In this document: in pieces, positions 57,203 through 64,000 of the stretch | How positions within the stretch are numbered: position 1 is the stretch's first letter | Layout of the letters: the number at the start of each line of letters is the position of its first letter | NCBI GenBank assembly: GCA_951406725.2 | Contig: OX597836.1 | Location: forward strand, 1,550,001-1,614,000 | Direction of reading: 5' to 3' | Origin: Octopus vulgaris | Lineage: Eukaryota | Length of the DNA: 64,000 nt | Made by a program: the position numbers and the translations under genes | Notes under the pieces: model-generated | The model's input: only the letters and a program-made list of their open reading frames with translations | The model's database searches: none | Told to the model about the DNA's origin: nothing

Positions 57203-60113
57203 ATATATATGTGTGTAGACAGACATATTGAAGAAATATAGATATACGTAGATGTGCATATGTATGCATATATATATATATGTAAGTGTGTGTGTGTTCG
57301 TATGTATTCATAGTTCCGTACAGTTTTGTGTTTATGTGTGTTGCAGAGACGGTGTTAAACGGTGTTTCTTGTGAGATCACAAAATACTGTATTTGCTTTG
57401 GAAATTCTCATCGATTCGTTTAAGATTTTTTTTTTTTAATATTTTTTTTCATTCGTGTCTGTACCTGTTTCTCTGCTACGATTATTTACTTGTCCTTTGG
57501 AATTTCGACTCAGCAATGTCTTTTGAATGTTTTATGGAATGAGAAGACATGGTGTTACAATGACATTGGTTGTTCGAATTGACCAGTTGTCTACCTTTTA
57601 TTCCCAAATTAGGAAGCAAATATGCTGTGGCATTATTTGTGACGTTAACTGATTATTGTTGAGCTGTGGTTTAGAATCGGATGTTCTTCGAATAAATAGA
57701 AACATCAACGTTCTGTTCTAATATCGGTATCTTTGTTCCTAACTATTTATGCGATATTACTTACATATTTCTTTTTCCATGTGCGTCTTTTGACCCACGG
57801 AGGGACTTCTCTGTGAGAGTTTTTGATAACTCATATTATGCTAGCATGACTGCCTCTTAAAAATTATTTCTGTTAGTTTGATATACGTTGATCATGTCTT
57901 TGCCATCCAACTCGAGCTTATGACATGAGAATTAACGCTACCTTCTCCTCTGAGATATTTTGTGAGTATACAACCAAAGAATCATTTCAAAAACATAGAG
58001 AACAAGTAATTGTCTTTTTGTCCTAAAATATAATATTTCATGTTCGTTGTCATTTTGGTGGTATTTTTTATTCGGGAAGGACATCTTCGCCACGTTGTTT
58101 TATAACTTGCTCAATAAATTGCGGATTAAACCACGTCAGTTAATCGTAGTAGATATATGAGCTATTGGTTTGTTTGAAACGGCTATATATCGACGTCTGG
58201 CTATGTTTGTCCTTACCTGTTAAAACGTGCTTCTTCATGGATGCAATCAGAATATCTATATATAGAAATCGTCTGTTAGGTTTCATATATAATTTTTAGG
58301 AATCTGAGCAGAAGCCAGTTAGGTGATAGATTAAAGGTTGATTCTTATTGCATTTTCAAAGTGAACCGCTTCCAATGTGACTTGGGTTTGCTCTGCTGTC
58401 ATTCCTTCATCTGGAAACTATAATTCCGCCGTCTTGTAAGTAAACTAAACTGTCCTTTGATGTCTCTACTAGTTCCTTATGAGTAAATAGGATTGCGATA
58501 TCATTCACCTCTGCACCGTTGTAACGCTCCATCTAAAAGATAAACGCTTCCCCAGGTTATTCCTTTTCGATTTACTTAAATGAGAATAAATGAAAAGTGC
58601 ATTTTTGATTCGAACTCGTCATGATCAACAGGTTTGAGACAATTTCTCACATCAGTGGTGATTTGGATCGTATATTTTGGAGGAAAAGGTTTAGTATTGT
58701 ATTTTTTATCCGTGTTTTACTGATGAGCAATTTTATATGGAAGCAGGTTAAAGGCAAAACTAAGAAATACGATTATTTTGTTCAAAGATGCACATTTTGT
58801 TCGATCAATGCTTACCTGGCCTAAACAATGGTAAAAACGCCACCTGGTGGTAACACATATATTGTATCGTCATTTCAGCACATTGAAGCCATGTCTCGCT
58901 TCTGTGTTTCCCTTAACTTTGTCATTCTCTTACTTTCTTTCTCTATTTTTCTCTTCTACGAATTTACTTCTCAATCTGTCTGTCTGTCACTCTGTCAAGA
59001 ATGAACTTGAGTACCTCATGCACAAACCTATTACTGCCATCGAGCCTATCATGTAAACCGGCAATGATTGTCCTTCAAGAAAGCCGACATCATCATCATC
59101 ACTATCGACATCAATATAAATAATATAACCACAATATAAGCAAAGTAACAATGAACACCAATCCAACCATGACCCATAACACAATTATGATTGACACTAT
59201 TAGCACAATTATCCTAATGAGATGATGAAGAGCTATGAACACCCCAATCACAAACACCAACACCTCTTCTATAATCACATGAAACTCATCCTTCTCTCAC
59301 AACCAAATATTCCCATTCCGAACTCTCATTCCAAGACCAGCGAATCCAGCAGAAACATTTGGCAAAACCAATGCCTCCATGATGATGATGATGATGATGA
59401 TGATGATAATGATGATGATGTTGTTAATGATGATGATGATAATGATCATGATGATGTTGATGGCGATCATCATCATCACCATCATCATCATCATTATCAT
59501 CATCCTCAACATCATCATCACCGCGAGTTCTACCAACACCGTCGCCGCCACCACTACTGACTGTCAGGACAACACCCCCTTCAATCTCCCCCCCCCCTAT
59601 CTCTCTGGCATCACTACTTCTATCGCCGCCTACCGCCACTCCCCTCCTCCCCACACACTTCGCAGCCGATCAACTGAAATGCAGAAGATTATTGCAGTAA
59701 TTAACACAGCAGATGTATTTTCAGGTTCACTTCAACAGTCAGTCGTATATCAGAGTTAAGAGCAGCTGAAGATCTTGCTGCTGCTGTTGATGATGATGAC
59801 GATGGAGAGGAGGAGGAAGAGGAGGAGAAGGCGAAGGAGAATGCCAATACGCACACACATGCAGGCTGACAGACATTACATTCCAGCTGCCTGCTTGTCC
59901 GTTTGTCTGTCTGTCTTCCTGGAGATGTGCTTTCTTGCAAACCGTACGAGTCTGTGTCTACGTGTGCCTGAGTGTGTCTTCACCGCTCGATAAGAAACAT
60001 TACTATGAATACATACATGTATATGCATGCATATACGCATATATATACATATATATAAGCATATATGCATATACATACATACATACATACATACATACGT
60101 ATACATATATATG

Positions 60114-60178
<65 letters not shown>

Positions 60179-60323
60179 TATATACATATGTATATATGCG
60201 TATATATATATAATATATATATATATATATAATATAATATAATATAATATATATATCTATATTTATATATATAATATATATATATGTATATTTATATATA
60301 TAATATATATGCATATATATATG

Positions 60324-60380
<57 letters not shown>

Positions 60381-60824
60381 GTATATATATGTGTGTGTGT
60401 GTATGGATATATGCATATATGTATATACATATATGCGTACGCACATGTTCATGTTTTCTGTACTTTAATTCCTGGCGTCTTTCGATTATGTCCGCGTTTA
60501 GTAAAATAACATACTTTCTTGCTTGTTGCGCTTTCAGTCGCTTTCTTCTTCTTCTTCTTCTTCTTCTTCTTCTTCTTCTTCTTCTTTCTTCTTCTTCTTC
60601 TTCTTCTTCTCTCTCTCTCTCTCTCTCGCTCACTCACTCTTTCTGTCTCAGTCTGTAAGTGAACGTATGTGTGTGTTCGTGTGTCTGTGTGTTTATAGTG
60701 CGTAGAGAGGCAGTTGGCTTCTACTTGCCTCTGCTCGTCTGGGTGTGAGGAGAAACGGGGTCGTGAGTGAGAGTGACGGGTCCAGATGCTTCAAAACTGT
60801 GTCAGACGCAAGAACTTAAATGAT

Positions 60825-60885
<61 letters not shown>

Positions 60886-61042
60886 TGTATGCATATACGC
60901 TCATGTATGTATGTATATATATATATATATGTGTCTATCTATCTATTTATCTATCTGTTGGTCTGTTTCTGTGTATATAATAATAATAATAGTTTATGCA
61001 TACATACACACACATATGTACCTACATATATATATATACAGA

Positions 61043-61086
<44 letters not shown>

Positions 61087-61741
61087 AAGAGATAGAGAGA
61101 AAGAGAGAGAGAGAGAGCTGATATTATGTTAAACTGTCGTATCTCCAAATTTGACCGAATACGTTTTTTTTTATATAATATTCATTCTTGCTTGCAATAA
61201 CCGGTTCTTTTGCTTAAGCTGTTGTATCTCCAGCTGGTTCAGATGTCAAGAAAACAAAAATTGTCAAAGTGTAGGACAACGGTTTTGCTATGGAATAGTG
61301 AAACCAAATTTCGTTTACTGAAAAAGCAACGTTTTGAACTTGAGACACTTTTGTATAATTACAATTAACCGTTATGGTTAAATATTTTTGCTAAACAGTT
61401 CGAAATATTTTTTTCTACTATATTTCAAAAAAAAAGGGTTACTCTTTTTCTCCTTCCTTTATGCATATTATGTCACGGAATTTTTGTTTGTCATTTTCGT
61501 TTCGTGTGAAATAAGTTTCTGGTAGATATTCATTTTGCCGTTCCTGTGTCTGGAAGATATCATTCACTGGAAATTTCATGAAAATTGTTAACAAATAAAA
61601 TATATCCTGTAAATGTAAAACCGCTTTTGTCAACTCTGGCCGTATCGAAATCAATAATATTGATACTAATGATGATGATAATGATGGCGCTGAAGATGAT
61701 GATGATGACAAAAATATTAATACTAATAATAAACGCCAGCA

Positions 61742-61930
61742 TTTTTTGGGAGGGGGGGCTAGTTGATTATATCGGCCACAGTGTTCCACTGGTACTTATT
61801 TCATCTATCCCGAAAGGATGAAAGGTAAAGTCGACCCCGGAGGAATTTGAACTCAGAACGTAAGAACGAACCAAATGCCGCTAAGCATTTTGCCCGGCGG
61901 GCTAACGATTCTGCCGAATAGCCACCTTAA
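61742..61930 (-). mobile_element. SINE family B
   Basis: ctggtacttattt...cccgaaaggatgaaaggtaaagtcgacc...ggaatttgaactcagaacg...gctaacgattctgcc. Confidence 0.85.
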
Positions 61931-62018
61931 TAATAATGATGCTACTGCTGCTGCTGCTGCTGCTGCTGCTACTACTACTACAACAACAACTACTACTACT
62001 ACTACTACTACAACTACA

Positions 62019-62076
<58 letters not shown>

Positions 62077-62115
62077 ATAATAATAATAATAATAATAATA
62101 ATTGTAATAATTATA

Positions 62116-62960
62116 TCAGGCTGTGTAAAAAGTAAGCAACGTTTTAAAACCTGAAATTCATCACAATATATTTGAACAATTCTTCAGAGTAAGTCCCATT
62201 CAATCAACACATTTTTGCCAGCAAGTTACAGGTATGTTTATTCCGGTAACGTAAATATCTGGATTTCTGGAGCTGATGAACAACTTTGAATGCACTTTTC
62301 TCTCGCATGAAGCCGTCAATGTGCTTGAAAAAGTGGTAGTCGGTAGGAGAAAGGTCTGGGGAATAAGCTGGGTGAGAAAGAACTTCGGAGCTAAGTTCCC
62401 TCAACTTCTGGAGCGTCATTAGTGAAACGTGTGGGCGAGCATTGTCATGAAGAATGATTGGCCCACTTCTGTTGACCAGTCTGGGACGGAGGAGTAGGAT
62501 ATTTTCGTTCATTTTGGCAACCTCATGGCAATATGTTTCTACAGAAATGACTTTTCCGGGTTTTCAGAAGTTATAGTAGATAAATTCAGCAGTATACTAC
62601 CAAAGAGTCACCATAACCAATTTTTTAAGACTCGGGTTTAGGGAAGGCTTTCAGAGTTTTATATTGGTCCAACCACTGCGAAGAACGTGTTTTAATTATT
62701 GTACAGAATCCACTTTTCATCGCAAGTTACAATACGGTCGAGAAAGAGATCGGTCTGGTTACAGCGAAACGACGAGCTAATTTCATATCTGCGCATTTTC
62801 TGATTTTCCTTCAAATCCTATGGAACCCATTTGTCGAGCCTTTTTTGATTTTCCAATCGCATGCAAATGGTTGCAGATAGTTTTCTGGCTAACTTGAAGT
62901 TCTTTTGTCAGTTCTCAAGTGGTTTTACATGGATCTTTCTCAGTGGCGGTTCTGCCAGTT
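62116..62960 (-). pseudogene. Decayed mariner (DD34D) transposase with one TIR
   Basis: Minus strand LDKWVP*DL, DLFLDRIVTCDEKWILY, IILHDNARPH, HPAYSPDLSPTDYHFFK; TA then tcaggctgtgtaaaaagtaagcaacg at 62116; frameshifts and stops; the other end was not identified. Confidence 0.9.
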
Positions 62961-63266
62961 GTTATCTTCCGAATAACAAAAGCATGCCAAGAGAAAGCCT
63001 ATGCACTTGTGTCATGCACTTTACCTCGCGTTTTAATAAATTTACTTGTGAGAAACAACAATACTGATTATTATTATTTCAAAACTTAAAAAAACAAACA
63101 ACTTTTCGTCGAGAAACGTAATGAGTTTAAGAAGGAGAGATTATGGCTGTTATCAATTTCGGAAGGGAGAATATTCACAGATAAATCCGAGAGTATAAGA
63201 AAAGTAGATTTAATTCAATGCCGCAAGACATAAAATTCCAGCATTTTATCGATTCGAAATATGATG

Positions 63267-63315
<49 letters not shown>

Positions 63316-63912
63316 GAAGATGTAAATATGTATAAATAGCAATTCCTTATTAGACCTTACTTCGCGAGTGTTTACAACGTGCTGCGCTCCACCACCAACA
63401 GGCCGCCATTACATCCATCTCTACCAACAACAACAACAATAACAACAGCAAGAACAATAATGAGAAGAAGAACAACATTGATGACGTAAAAACAACAACG
63501 AAAACAATTTGATGTTACGAAAGAAAAAAATAAACGCGAATGCAAACAGTTCAAATAATAAAAAAAACACTATGAAATTAACATAAAACAACAACAAGAA
63601 TTGTAGTGGAGGTGGAAAAAAGTAATTATTGTAATAACTACAGCATTTGATTGGCTGGGCTAACGATGTAGTTATGGAGAAGGAGAAAGCGATGAAAGCT
63701 TAACGCAGAGTTAAGTCATAAACGATTTCTTGCAGGTTGTCAAAGACGCGTTCAGCTTCATAGACAAACCACGAAACAGGGAAGATACGTTAGAAGACCA
63801 AAAAAAATGACTGCTCCTCTTTTGATGTGACTCATGCAATGTCATGTAGATAGCATGCATCTACATCTACGTAAATATATACGTATATATAGATACATAC
63901 ATATATATAGAT

Positions 63913-64000
63913 ATAAGGCAGCGAGCTGGCAGAAACGCTAGCGCGCCGGGCGAAATGCTTTGCGGTATTTCGTCTGCCGCTACGTTCTGAGTTCAAATTC
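63913..64000 (+). mobile_element. SINE family B head (runs off the window)
   Basis: taaggcagcgagctggcagaaacgctagcgcgccgggcgaaatgctt...cgttctgagttcaaattc. Confidence 0.9.

Noticed and set aside
57500-58600. Possible ancient LINE RT remnant on the minus strand (EVNDIAIL, resembling YADD)
   Set aside because: Only one weak motif by eye; needs a frameshift-aware HMM search

Overview
AT-rich, repeat-saturated eukaryotic non-coding DNA, most likely an octopus/cephalopod intron or intergenic region (inferred from the SINE repertoire and the extreme TA/CA/TTA/CAT microsatellite load). I find no credible host protein-coding gene; almost every ORF in the track is a microsatellite translation artefact. 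All real coding-derived sequence comes from transposons: (1) a 5'-truncated Penelope-like (Neptune-type) element with an uninterrupted thumb/Cys-linker/GIY-YIG frame, a pseudo-LTR and a minimal hammerhead ribozyme (50011-51471); (2) a decayed mariner transposase (62116 to ~62960); (3) three R4/Dong-like restriction-like-endonuclease (RLE) retrotransposon fragments at (TAA)n; (4) a fossil HERO/R2-type RLE domain (~32150-32570). Also present: ~25 tRNA-derived SINE copies from 3-4 families, mariner and piggyBac MITEs, a non-autonomous Helitron and a 1.9-kb almost pure (TTA)n. The most interesting signals are six to eight minimal hammerhead-like cores in 64 kb, two of them at the apex of long fold-back palindromes, and a 554-bp orphan element cleanly bounded by (TTA)n. 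These fit microsatellite-targeting retroelement biology; whether they are novel has not been tested.
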